From positions 121,396,001 to 121,460,000 of the forward strand of contig NC_042998.1 of assembly GCF_006345805.1 (NCBI RefSeq): a stretch of DNA of 64,000 nucleotides, given 5' to 3'. Position numbers and translations under genes: made by a program. Position 1 is the first letter of the stretch. Each line of letters opens with the position of its first letter. This DNA is from Octopus sinensis. Taxonomy: Eukaryota. Below the pieces are notes generated by a model, which saw only the letters and a list, made by a program, of their open reading frames with translations, had not been told where the DNA came from and made no database searches. Positions 10,010 to 23,150 of this stretch are shown here, in pieces.

Positions 10010-12734
10010 TATACGTACATACATAAGTAGCCCTGCATGGCATGTGTAATTAAGTGAAAGTGAGAGAGAGAGACAGACAATTTTGCCACTAGCTGCTTGC
10101 AATTTGGATACCAATTTCATTTGCTTTATTTGACTTCACTCTGATTACCTCATGTTTTATCAATACTTTCACATCTGTATAATCTATGTCGTACCTGAGT
10201 TCAATGACTTACAAGTAACTACTACCCATTTTACAGCTGCCTTTCAAAACAATTTATTTCATTCTATAGCATTTTCTTTAAATGTTCCACATCAATGCAC
10301 AAGTGTCACAGTTATACAATATACACACAGTTGCTATAATTTAGTTCACACACATTAAATTTGTTGTGAATAAAAATCCTTAATTAAACTGTTCTTTATT
10401 GTGGCATGAGTAATGTCTACATGTTGTGGGACAATATTGCAAAGAATCTACATGTATAAAATGAAATCCACAAGGATTTAATTCCTAACCACATACCTTT
10501 AAATTATAGATATATGTATATATACTAGGTCTTTTAAATATTTCTTTAAAATCAATTGTCATTACTTAGCCCAGGTCAACTCTGATTGATCATAACTATG
10601 ATAAACAGCATAGATTCTTTATTCAGTATATCCAGGACTACAAACAGTCCACACAGTGGAATATATTTTATACCATGAAGATGAGAAGTCTAACATTTTG
10701 GATGCTTAGCCTATCAATAAGACTAATTTTTTCTCTCTCTGAAGAGGAAACACTTGAAATATTAGACTTCTTTCTCATGTCATATAACATATTCTGTTTA
10801 TATTACTTTTTGTTCATGCAGAATATCACTAGTTTTCAAGGACTGTTTTATTATAATCTGGTCTACATTTTCAATGTGTCCTTTTTTTAAGGTGATACAG
10901 CATAGCTTGAGGGAAATTTAGTTACTGTTTCTAGTAGATCAGGTAACATCATAAAGGCTTCCACCATAGAGATAAGTAATTAGTAGGTAGGAACTTCATG
11001 TATAGAAATGAGTGAAAGCAAAGAACTAATACCGGTTTCCCTAAAGAATTTTTTCATTATCTTTTATGATGAAAACTAAATATAAGAGGGAATTCTTGTG
11101 ATGAAGTGTATTTAACTACTGAAGAAATAAATAAATGCATCCAGAAAGATCTGCATTAGCTGTGTTTAATTTGGAGTCATCTGAGCCAACAACAGACTCT
11201 CTGCATAGTTAGTCTACCTGCTAGAAAATCAGTGAAACCACTCTTGAATTATGCATCAACATCTTATAGTATAAAAAAACGGTTTAGCATGCCTGATCTA
11301 TACAGCATAAATATAATAATAATATTACAATACACACCAAGCATTATAAGAATATCTTCCCTGATAAAGTAGGAATTAGTGTTGCAGGTCTCTATGACAG
11401 ACTTATTTCACTTTGCCCTATCTTCTCCATCCACACACATCAGTAACCCCCTTTCCTTCATAATTTCCTCTTCCATCAACTTTGATCACACTGTCTCCCC
11501 TTCCTCTACTTCCTTTCACTCCTCTTCTCACACAGTTACTCACATCATTCCTCAGCACATGATCAAAGTACCTCATCCCATTCTCTTCACAACAACCATC
11601 ACTGACTACACCCCCATCATTCTCGACAATTCATTGTTTATCTTCCTCTCAATGATACTTTGTTCTTCCACCAAAATCATTCTCAAATTCTTTTCACACA
11701 AACAGGAGTCAAAAAATACGCAATCAAAAGTAATGTATAATTGTGTTAGTAATCATGTAAATTAAATTTTATGCATTAATGGGTTAAATAAATTCTATAG
11801 ATCTACAGTATTAATCTCTGCAGTGTCTCTAACTGGTATACTAAATTGATGTATTGGGTTCACATTTCTCAAATTGTCTCCTATTATACAATCTTTGGTT
11901 GCGAATTAGGACTTTACAGTAAAGTCATTGTTAACTGAGCCCTCTAGAACGAATTAGAAATAATGGATGAAATAACTAATACATAAAGCAGTTTTGAAGG
12001 AGCTAGCACTTTGGAGAGAATGGCAAAAAAATATCAAGGTTATTATTGTTATGTATCTACTGTATGCCAGCCAAGATAGCAAGATATAAAATGAAGTGGT
12101 AGCCTAATAACTATTAGAGATCCACATTCTTCCTCATGGCCAAAAAGACCCCATAAAAGCTGATGCTTATTGTTAAAGTTAATGAAATAGTTAATTCAAT
12201 TCAAGAAAATGTGCTTATACTTTGTTAAGCATGAATATACCTTACACTATATCATTCATGAGTTAATATCATACATCTTAGACTTCGGAAACAAAGTGTC
12301 CTATTAGGTAAAAACCTTCCATCTAACTACATAACTTCAGATTCACTGCAATAGTGTATTGTCTTTTTTATTACATTAACTGAATCTCTACTTCTTTGAA
12401 TTTGCCATCTCTCTACCAATTCTACCTAATCCTGTTCAAATCGCTCATCTGGTTTAGTTTGGAAGTTTAGCAGAGCAGAAGCTATTTGTAGCAGTGGCAA
12501 AAAAATAGGAGAAAACAACAAACTGGTGTGTTCATTGTTGTTAAATTGGCAAAGTTTGTGTGACTATGTTTCCTTGGTTTTATTTTTCAAATTTTTCACC
12601 AATGGAGAAAGAGCCAGGATGTACCCTAAAAACAAGGCCCTTTCATTAAAATTTAAACCTCAGTAAAGTAGCCTTTTATGTATGTATGCATGCATGCATA
12701 CAGATACATATAACTGTCTATATATATATATGCC

Positions 12735-13077
12735 AGCGTTGTCTAACTGGCACATGTGCCAGTGGCATGTGAAAAAACATTCGAGCATGGTTGTTACCAG
12801 TGCCGCCGGACTGGTTCCCGTGCAGGTAGCACATAAAAAACACCTTTTGAGAGTGGTTGTTGCCAGAACCACCTGACTGGCTCTCATGCCAGTAGCACAT
12901 AAAAGCACCCACTACACTCTCGGAGTGGTTGGTGTTAGGAAGGGTATCCAGCTGTAGAAACTTTGCCAGATCCAGATTGAAGCCTGGCGCAGCCTTCTGG
13001 CTCACCAGTCCTCATTCAAACTGTCCAACCCATGCCAGCAGTGAAAGCAGATGTTAAACAACAATGATGATGATGAT
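12735..13077 (+). mobile_element. RTE 3' UTR-only insertion
   Basis: GGCAC(A/G)TAAAAAGCACC subrepeats, GGAGTGGTTGGTGTTAGGAAGGG, (GAT)n end. Same as 7100-7483. Confidence 0.88.
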
Positions 13078-13463
13078 ATGTATGTATGTATGTGCACACA
13101 CATATATAAGTGCAGGTATGGGTGTCGATGCATATTTTGATCTTATTCCATGTTAAACTTGAATGTTATACATATTTTGACTCGAGCTTTTGTCATGACA
13201 AGGCATCAAAGCCAGCTATATAATCTTCACATTATGACAAAAGTCTTGTACAGATAAAACACTATTATAAGAATCACTTTCCAAAAACATCTTCCCAGAT
13301 ATAGAAGCACCATTTTTGTTTGATGACTTCAAAAACTAAAGAGAGAGTATGGGGGAGAGGGGCACAATGAGTAAGATTCACTGCATTTTTGACTTGAAGG
13401 AAAAAATATCTTTTACAAATGTTCACAACCTTACAGAAACTATATCAACTAAACCTTCTCCAA

Positions 13464-13847
13464 GTGGCTGTGTGGTAAGTAGCTTGCTAACCAACCACAT
13501 GGTTCCGGGTTCAGTCCCACTGCTTGGCATCTTGGGCAAGTGTCTTCTGCTATAGCCCTGGGCCGACCAATGCCTTGTGAGTGGATTTGGTAGACGGAAA
13601 CTGAAAGAAGCCTGTCGTATATATGTATGTGTATGTGTTTGTGTATCTGTGTTTGTCCCCCTAGCATTGCTTGACAACCGATGCTGGTGTGTTTACGTCC
13701 CCGTCACTTAGCGGTTCGGCAAAAGAGACCGATAGAATAAGTACTGGGCTTACAAAGAATAAGTCCTGGGGTCGATTTGCTCGACTAAAGGCGGTGCTCC
13801 AGCATGGCTGCAGTCAAATGACTGAAACAAGTAAAAGAGTAAAGAGT
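13464..13847 (+). mobile_element. SINE family A (near full length, young-looking)
   Basis: Colinear with 3690-4066 and retains CpGs. Confidence 0.92.
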
Positions 13848-14599
13848 ATAATCTGAACACTATTTCAGAAAATTATCTCTATTTTCTTTGAACATATAAA
13901 AGACAAATTTAGCTGAACCAAAATGAGTAAGACAACCCAAGGTAAATTTGTTTCCTCACTTCTCCATAATCACATTTGCCATCCTGAGACATTAGAAAGA
14001 TCAGAAATCAACAGAAATTTAAAATATCTAGGTCAAATTGAAAGAGGATCATGGGAAAATGGTACACGACATGAAATTAACGAAATTCGACATAAAAATA
14101 TTTTTATATATCTTCACGATATATTTACGGATCATGCAGTTAAAAAGAAGAAATTGGAATTAGTCATTACTCATTTTGTTCCACTTAAAACTTTTTCCTT
14201 TAAATTGTAGATTATCAAATTAGGCGTTAGTGTGGGAGAAAATTGACTTGGAGTCCAACAGAGAAAAAGATTTTGACTGTTAAACATCAAAAATTATTCA
14301 AATATTTTATTAGCAACCTCAATTACAATCTGGTCAAAGATGAAGAAAAATTTCTTTAAATGAAAAAAAAAAAGTACTTGTCACTTGACTATGTTTCAAA
14401 CTCTTAACTTCAACAACTATGCTGACCAATTTTTACTCCTAAAGGTGATGCAATACTTGCAATGTAATGATTTCAAATAGATAGAGAAAAAATAACATGA
14501 AATCAGAAATTACAAATTTTGCCCCACCCACTCTAAATAAATAATAAAATTCAACTTACTGGATACATCACTGGTTGGTGTTAAAATGTGCCGGGGAAA

Positions 14600-16668
14600 A
14601 ATTCCTGCAAAAGTAAAGATTTAACTGTAAATATTGAGATAACTTTGAAATGAGAGTAAAAGTGACAATAATAATAATAATGATTATCGATTTAAGTACA
14701 AGGTCAGGAATTTTGAGGGGAAGGGCAAGGGGACGGAGGCGGTAGAGGGGGGGTAGTCAATTACATTAACTCCAACATTTGACCGGTACTTTATTTTATC
14801 AACCCGAAAGGCAAGTAAAGACACAAGGCATAATCTATTTAATCGACTGGTAATATCATCAATCGACATGGGATTTGTAGGTGTTTCCGAACATCCCTTT
14901 AAGTCCCACACCTAATAGGAAAGTGAAACTGTACGAAAATGGAGACAAAAGCAAAATAAACAAAAAGCCTGAAAGTTTTCCAAAAAACTTTGCAATTTCT
15001 GTGGTATGAAACAGAAATATAATAATAACAATAATAAAAACGAAGGAAAAGATCTATTCTTTTCCTTCGGAAAAAATCTATCTTTTTCCTTTAGCACTTT
15101 AAGAGAGAGCTTTTCAAAACATCCAGAGATTTGAACTCGGAATGCATGGATGAGGCATTTCGACTGGTATTCTCCGACCCCACTATCTGTAAAACCTATA
15201 AGAAAACTCGTGCCATTTTATTTTTACTTTTAGTCACGAATAGATAGACCAAATCTAAAACTAAGATGGGATTTTTAATAGACTGGATAATAACACTGAA
15301 GACTTTCATTAGATGTGTATAAAACGAGGACTTTGAAACTTCACGAGCGCACGTATATATATATACGTATATGCTTTTAATCCACATATATTTCAATACT
15401 TACTGACAACAAAGATTAGATCGATGATTATTATAACACAACCCAACTACGCATTTACCAAGTCATATTCTGTACAATACCTCGAGATCGAGACTATTTG
15501 TTATTAGTAGCAGATACAAAGTAAGAAGACAATGATAAATATAATATAATATTTTATATATGTGTGAGTGTGTGTATAAGTTGGTCTCAGACGGTCATAT
15601 GTAGAAAGCGGAACTAACGGTAAAATAGATGAACAAAATAAGAGCAAACAACATTCAAGATATCCAAACAAATTTTTACATCCAACTTATAAAACTAGTA
15701 TTCTCAGTCGTTTTCATGACCGAAATGAAAATATTGTAAGTGTTTACCGTTATTTATATCCAAATGAATATAAAATTGTTGAGGCTATTTACTATAACAC
15801 TAATCTAACACATGCTCTTATTTTCGAGTTCCACGTTTTATTAAGATACGTAATTGGACTTACAAATTAAACTTTAAATATTATATTCCGGTGATGTTCG
15901 TTTACAGAATAGCGCAGAACAAGACTGAGTGTGTACGCCGTTGATGTGGGATTTTTGCATGTAAAGTTGGCCATGTGTTATTTTAGAAGAGGCAGAGTGA
16001 GAATAGAATAGCTGGAAGGCTGATAGTAAGATGCAATGATAATTTAACAAGAACTAGCAGATGAGTAACGGATACATAATTACGACTGAATTACAACAAT
16101 AAAATGGTAAATTGTTACAATAAGAATATAAAGAGAACTTGCTAAAAACCAGGCTAGCTTTTCCGTTCGAAATGGAACTTACGAAATACTTATGATTTGA
16201 AATAAAAATAGAATAATTCTTACGACAGCTAAATAGAACAAAACAAAATAATAACACGTATAAAATTATAAATCAATCATAGGCGAATGCGGCTTGTAGT
16301 GCTTTCTGGATAGCATGCCTAACAAAATTTTTTTTAGTGCGACCCGCCTAATCTTTTGCCATGCCTCATGCGGCCCACTTCTCGAGGTTGCCCTAATCTG
16401 TTATAAATGTATCTTTTATGTGTGTGTGTGTATATATGTGCACACACACACACACATAATATATATATACGAGATTTCTTTTCCAAATGCACCTGAATCT
16501 TAAAACGTGTAGTCGTTTTTAAATTTTGTAATGGATTTATTCAAATACCCAAACGGTTTCAATTTATTACAACATTTAAAAACTACTACGTTTTCAGATC
16601 CAGGTGCGTTTTCAAACCAAAAAGCAAATTCTCCTATATTTTTTTCCTGCGTAGGAATTTACTTCTCT

Positions 16669-16723
<55 letters not shown>

Positions 16724-17050
16724 ATACACACACACACATACACACTGAACTTAACTAACACATTTATTGAAATCGCATAGCTAAGAGCTTGAGTTCGCTT
16801 TGCAAACACATGTAACAGATTTCAAACGAACAGGACGGCACCTTACATAAGTGGCTGCTCCAATACCGTCAGATTAATCAATGTATATGAAAGCAACTTC
16901 GCGAAGGACAGCCGATTAGAAGTCTATCGAGTGAGTGGCTTTGCATTTCATGCTTGAGGAACTGACAAAAGGCCGGAGAAATTCAAGAGAAACTACTGGA
17001 TCAGCACCATTTTATTCAATTTGTCAAAGCGTGCGTGCGTGCATATAAAT
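14600..17050. promoter_or_regulatory. CpG-retaining unique region, possible internal promoter or enhancer of the minus-strand gene
   Basis: CG dinucleotides are visibly more frequent than in the flanking intron. Several minus-strand GTAAGT donors (15403, 16182). No CpG counts computed. Confidence 0.35.
14683..14830 (-). mobile_element. SINE fragment of a second family (Meta-domain-like core)
   Basis: GGTACTTTATTTTATCAACCCGAAAGG resembles the conserved central domain of MetaSINE-type elements (from memory). Related copy at 39355-39530. Confidence 0.55.
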
Positions 17051-17059
17051 AAATAAATA

Positions 17060-17483
17060 ATATGTGTGTGTATATATATATATATATGTAAATATATGTA
17101 TATATATATATATGTAAGTAAATATATATATGTATACATATATGTAAATATATATGTATACATATATGTATATATATATGTAAATATATGTATATATATA
17201 TATATAATATATATATATATATGTAAATATATATGTAAATATATATATATATATAATGTAAATATATGTATATATATATGTAAATATATGTATATATATG
17301 TAAATATATATGTAAATATATATATATATATATGTAAATATATATATATATGTAAATATATATATATATATGTAAATATATATGTATATATATATTTATT
17401 TATATGTATATATATATATATATTTTTATGTATACATATATATATTTTTATGTATATATATTTATAGGTATATATATATATAT
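17060..17483. repeat. Compound (TA)n/(TGTA)/(TAAA) microsatellite
   Basis: Seen directly. Source of spurious Tyr/Ile ORFs. Confidence 0.95.
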
Positions 17484-17569
17484 TTCATTTTTTCATTTTA
17501 TCTAGTTTCAGCTCACAAGCTGTGGCTATGCTGGGGCACCACAATTCGGTGTTGCTACATGATTTTACT

Positions 17570-20183
17570 TCATGAATGCTTTTTAGCAATTGTCATTTGG
17601 TGCATGAGAGAGTTTGATGCAGCTGCCCTCATCTGCATCTCCTGCCGTGAAGTTGGTTCATCTGGGACACTTGACAGGAAGAGGTCCAGCTTTATTTTAA
17701 AGACATCTGAATCCACCCCATGCAGGTCTCTCAGGTCCTTCGGGAGGATACTGAAGAGCTGTGGACCTCTGAAGCCCAGGCTATCACAGTATCTTGCCCT
17801 ACATCTTGATGGCAAATTTGGAGTCCTTGGCACTATGCAGTGGCACCCAGTTCTAGTACTTGTGTAACTCTCGATGCCAAAGTTTGGGACAAGTCCTTCC
17901 GGGATCTTCCAGATGTATATTATGGCATATCTTTCTCGCCTACGCTCTAAGGAATAGAGTCTTAATCTCTTGAGTCTTTCCCAACAGCTTAATGCTGCAC
18001 AGAGGCTATCTTCTTCGTGTAGCTTCGTTGGATCGCCTCCAGTTCTGAGATTAATTTGACACTGGTTGGTGACCATAGCTGAGAGCAATAGTCAAAGTAG
18101 CTTAGGACAAGTGTCCTCCAGAGGACCATCATGGTTTCCTGGTCTCTTGTTCCAAAAGCTCTAAGAATCCATCTGGTCAGCTGCCTACATTTCATTGCCA
18201 ATTTAGCAACATGCACATGAAAGGTTGCATCATTACTCATGTAAATACCCAGGTCTCGCACTGATTGTGCCTCTGGGATTGCAATCCCTCCAGGTCCTGT
18301 GTATTTATTGGATATTGCATTTAGTTTTGCATGCTGAAAGCATAAAGCTTGAAACTTTTCAGCATTGAACTGCATGCTATTCTTTTCAGCCCATTTGTAT
18401 ATTTTGTTCAGGTCACATTGCAGGTGCATAGTGTCTTCAGGGTTCTGTATTACCTATGAAACTTTTGTATCATCTGCATAACTTGTGATCATGGCTCTCT
18501 GCGTGGCTGAGGGCATGTCTGAGAGGGCCATTATGAACAGCAGTGGTCCCAAAACAGTGCCTTGCGGGACACCACTCACTATTTGCATGCTATTGGAGGT
18601 GGCCCCATTGGCTACTACCACCTGACTTCTATCCTTCAGAAAGTTATGAAGCCATTCTCCCAATTTTCCAACTATGCCAAGATCATGCAGTTTGTGACAT
18701 ATCATTCCATGATCGACTCTATCAAAGGCCTTTGCAAAGTCGAGATATATCACTTCCACATTTGAGTGGTTGAGAAGTTGTTTCAGCACCCAGTCATACT
18801 GTTGTAGGAGCTGAGTAAGGCAGCTTCTTCCTGGTCGGAAACCATGTTGGGTGTCAGACAGCAAGTCATTTTCTTCAAGGAAGGCGATTAGTTTTCTTCT
18901 GACTATTCATTCCATGACCATGCTGATGTGTGAGGTCAGAGAGATAGGTCTGTAGTTCTTGGCCTCCGCTCTGCTACCTCCTTTATGAACAGGGCATATT
19001 TTACAAAAGTTTCATAGGTAATACAGAACCCTGAAGACACTATGCACCTTCAGTTTTCTTGAAAGTTTGCCAGTTGCAAGGAAGCTCTGAAAGAGGAACT
19101 GCAGTGGTCTTGCTAGGACTCTCTTACATACTTTTAGAAGGATTGCTGAGAATTCATTGGGGCCAGTAGCTGAGTTTGTTTTCATTTCATCTATAGCCCT
19201 TATTATATCGTCTTCCTTTATATTGATGTAATCAATCATTGTTGCCTCTGATTTTATATCTGCAGTGGTAAAGAAGTCAGTTGGATTGCTGACTTGAAAG
19301 TGCCCTAGGGGTGGAGTGAAAATACTTTTGAATTGCTCTTTTAGTATTTCACTTATCCTCATTGGATTTCCTGTGAGTGTACCATCTTTTTCAAGGAGTG
19401 GCCCTATCCTATAGTGCACCGTAGCTGTTTCTTTGGCAAACTTGTAGAAAGCTCTGGGGTTAGATTTTATGTTGTCTATAGCCCAGTGTCGGTGTCACTT
19501 TCACATCATGAATGATGTCCATGTTGTTCGTGAAGCAGAGATCCAGAATGTTATTCGCCCTAGTTGGTTTGAGTACAACTTGCTCCATGAATAAGGCATT
19601 GGTGAGGTTGAGCAGGGACTCCACCTGTGCAATGAGTCATTCCTGAGAGTATGAGACCTTCGGGCCATTTGACGTTGGGGAAGTTGAAATCACCCATAAG
19701 AAATATGGTCACGTGGTGTTCCAGATTCATGAGGATTTCTTTAATTCTTGTGAGGCAATCTTCAAACTTGCCTATGTGGTTTGGAGCATCCGGTGGGCAA
19801 TATGTATTGCATATGACTATATTATGTTGTCTTATGTATACAATTAGAGTGTCACATACCGAATTTGAGTATGACAGTAAGACCTGGGGTGTGAGGTAAT
19901 CACGGATGTATACAGCAACTCCATCATGGCTCCTTTCCCTTCTGTCTGTTCGCAGTATGGCATAGTTTGGTACATGTACTTCTGCATCGTCTATGTCAGG
20001 GCTGAGGTGAGTTTCCACGAGTGCTATGCATAGGGCTTGGTTGCATGCAGTAAGATCTCCCAGGAAAGAAATTTTGCTTTTATTTTGATGCAACAGGCCC
20101 CCAATATTTAGTAAAAGTATTGGGGTGACGACTGTGCAGACGCTAGGGGAGGCCATCCTGTGTCTGTTGACAGTGGTGGGCAA
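17570..20183 (-). pseudogene. LINE ORF2 (endonuclease plus reverse transcriptase), fragmented into five ORFs
   Basis: ORF-track entries 19560-20183, 19012-19419, 18454-18864, 17989-18429 and 17570-18088 are consecutive EN, linker, RT and C-terminal pieces. Confidence 0.92.
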
Positions 20184-20628
20184 GGTTTCTTCTTTGTGCT
20201 TGGCATAGCCAGGTTAGCTGCTGGACAATCTTTTGCGCCATGCACAAAAAAGACTCTTGCTCAGCTGCTGCGGTTCGCAGAACATCTGAGGAGCATGCTT
20301 CTTTTCTGAATGTTTTCCTGGGAGACATTTCTTGCCTTTCCTCAGTAAAGTTCTTCTCTTTAAGGCCCCTGTAGTTCTGGCAGGGTGTCGGGTGGGCAAA
20401 TCGGCAGTTTTTGCCGTCCTCCCCATGCCAACATTTGCCCTGCAGGTAAAATTTATAGGTTCTTGGATGCCTTCCAGATTTCTTCTTTCCTGTAGGGTTT
20501 TGGGTGGCATTGGGTCCTCCATGGGGTTTTCTGTTGTTTGTTTGGTGGGTTAGGGTTTCAGTTTTGGTTATTTTGCCTTTTCCTTCCTTTCCTTCTTTAT
20601 TTTTGTTTTCTGTCCTTTTTTCTTCCAT
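20143..20628 (-). pseudogene. LINE ORF1 with CCCH-type zinc finger(s)
   Basis: T[Y]KFYLQGKCWHGEDGKNCRFAHP fits C-x7-C-x8-C-x3-H with the first Cys codon mutated to TAT. Further Cys/His remnants continue across a frameshift. Confidence 0.7.
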
Positions 20629-21528
20629 TTTTCTAATGGGGTAAGGGCTCCATTCCTTTGTAGGACCACTGGCACAGGGGGGCTTCCAGTTACTGCTTCC
20701 TTGGCTCCCCTATCCTTTTCTGCCTGGTCGTTCACCGGGGTGGGTGACAGGCACAGCCGTAAGATGCATTACAATTCTATAGCAATTGGAAGGGCATGAC
20801 CCAACTGAAATAAACATTAACTGTGTGACATGAGGGCTAAGGAGAAATGAAAGTGTCACCTCTGGAGTTTGCAAATGACCACAATACTGATACGTAACTG
20901 GACAGAATAAATTTATAATCTATAAATGTCTTTGAATAACCAGTCACTCATCTGGGAAGGCCTTGAAATCAATGTAACCACCTGGGGACTATGTGTGACC
21001 CAGTGATAATAAAAAGATTGAAAGGAGGTCTGCAATCAAATAACTTTACTCAACACTTTGCAACTGAATCAGTGGAGGTAAAGATGCCTCTCATTTACTT
21101 GACAATTTATGCACCACATTGTAGAAATCACAATGTAAGTGTATGCCAAAGCAAACTGTTACACTGTTGTACCATTGAATTAGAAATAATGCTCAACTTT
21201 TATGCTGGGTGACCCTACAGCTTGCAAGAGTACAACTGTATTCATCTTTGCTTAGATAAAATGACAAAATTGTGGGTGTTAAGTCCCTATGGAGGGTTCT
21301 TTCTAACTTGTAAGAAGATGAAATTTTAGAAATATTACTTCATTTGTGTCCAAGATCTATGGTTGAAATTTCATCAACAGCAAAATATATGAATTGTCAT
21401 GGGGGCTATGGCCCTTATGCATAGAATATAATTTCCAAATTTCATAAAGATCTATTCAGTACTCTTGACCTAGTTTTGGATCATAAAAGAAATTACTAAA
21501 ATTTGGGAGTTAAGGCCCCCATATCTAT

Positions 21529-21585
<57 letters not shown>

Positions 21586-21789
21586 TATATATATAGATAG
21601 ATAGATAGAGATATATACAGACACACACACATGCAAAGATAAATTGATAGATACAACTGAGTGGGCAAACAAAAATATGAGACAGCCTAGTGCTTTTTCT
21701 TATGTTGATAAGCCTGGTACTTATTCTATTAGTTTGTTCTTGTGTCCCTAGTTTCCCCATGGACCCCTAGATAAGGGATCAGGGGACTC

Positions 21790-22690
21790 TGTCAAAAGGT
21801 TTCTCGAAGTCCTCCTTCTTGAACTACCTGGTTTACGATGCAGGTGAAAAGACCATAACCCACACCACCATATATATTTAAGCATCTCAGCAGTGATTCC
21901 TGGTGGGCCAGATGCTTTCCCTGTCTTGATATCCCTAATTGCTTTATCTACCAGAGTACTGTTCTTTCGGGCAGCTGGTCCCTCAACCGGGTCAATATTT
22001 GGAACACTTTCCCCCCTCCCATTTATTCTCCATGTTTAGCAGTCTTTCATAATGATATCTCCAAGCCTCTTTCTTTGCAGTCTCATTAAAAGCATGTGCT
22101 CTGTCATCCATGCAGACACATTTTTCTCCTATGACATCACAATTTTCTCTCACCCACTGTTTTGCAATCTGAAACACTTCAGATTTTTTATCCTCACTTC
22201 TTTTTTTCTGCTTCTCCCTTGGCTAGATATACCTGTCTCCTAGCTTCCCTTCTGGCTATCTGATACAGTTTCCTGCTGCCCCCACTCTTACAACAGGCCT
22301 GTTTCTTTGCTGTAGTGGCTTTGTCTACAGTATTGTGCCACCACCACGTTATCCTAGGTCTGGAAGGGACTTTGCACCAACCACAGACTCAGTCTGTGCC
22401 ACTCAGCAAGCTGTTTCGCAAGAATTCCCAGTTGCCCTCTAAGTCACAAGTTTGTAGGTCTTCCTCCCTCTCATTAAATTTCTCAATGAGGATGTCCCTA
22501 TATCTCTGACCATGTGAAGGGTCCTTAAGCTTCCAAATCCTTCTTTTCCAGATTGGTTTGCTTCTTGATCTCCTTCTGGCTGGCAGATATTTTGTAAAAT
22601 TCTTTGGAAAATAATTGGTAATGTTTTGACCTCTGCTTGAAGCATTTCAACACAAACTCCATCTAATCCAGATGATTTGCCATTCTTTAA
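21790..22690 (-). mobile_element. RTE LINE EN-RT linker fragment
   Basis: FQIAKQWVRENCDVIGEKC...AKKEAWRYHYERLLNMENKW is a typical RTE linker. Degenerate. Confidence 0.8.
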
Positions 22691-22889
22691 TTTATGGTTA
22701 GTAAAGTGGCTCCAGCTTAATTTTCACAAAAACCCTTCCCCTAATGTCAATACCCAATCAATCTATCTATCTACACACACACACACACACACCACACACA
22801 CACACATATATATATATATATAAGAAAGAGAAAGAGAGAGAGAATGATGCAAATAAAATATAAAACTGCTTGGGTTTGATATCCAAAAC

Positions 22890-23150
22890 ATGTGGTAAGA
22901 AGCTTGCTTCCAAATCATATGGTTTTGGGTTAAGTCTCACTGTGTGGCACCTTGGGTAAGTGTCTTCTACAAAAGCCTCGGGCTGACTAAAGCCTTGTAA
23001 GTGGATTTGGTAGACGGAAACAGAAAAAAGCCAGGCATATATACATATATGTGTGTGAATGTTTGTGTATCTGTGTTTCTCCCCCCACCACCATTGACAA
23101 CTGATGGTATGTTTATGTCCTCGTCAAATGACTGAAACCAATAAAAGAAA
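22890..23150 (+). mobile_element. SINE family A, internally deleted
   Basis: TGTGGTAAGAAGCTTGCTT head, GTGGATTTGGTAGACGGAAAC core, CAAATGACTGAAAC tail. Confidence 0.85.

Larger units (their letters stand above)
17484..20815 (-). mobile_element. CR1-group LINE, near full length but inactivated
   Basis: ORF1 (20143-20628), APE endonuclease (LLLNIGGL, IALVETHL, FLMGDFNFP), RT (QHGFRPGRSCLTQLL, YLDFAKAFDRVDH, GVPQGTVLGPLLF, YADDTK), C-terminus LYSLERRRER...RGPQLFSILP, short 3' UTR. Multiple stops and frameshifts. Confidence 0.93.

Noticed and set aside
11098-11184. C/D box snoRNA-like pattern (GTGATGA ... CTGA)
   Set aside because: There is no terminal stem, it is on the strand opposite the presumed host gene, and no recognisable rRNA guide is present.
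11379-11765. 128-aa Ser/Ile/Phe-rich ORF
   Set aside because: It arises from a pyrimidine-rich low-complexity tract, with a non-ATG start and no motif.
13423-13856. Recurrent short ORFs over SINEs (also 3784-3999, 51200-51465)
   Set aside because: Chance ORFs in SINE sequence.
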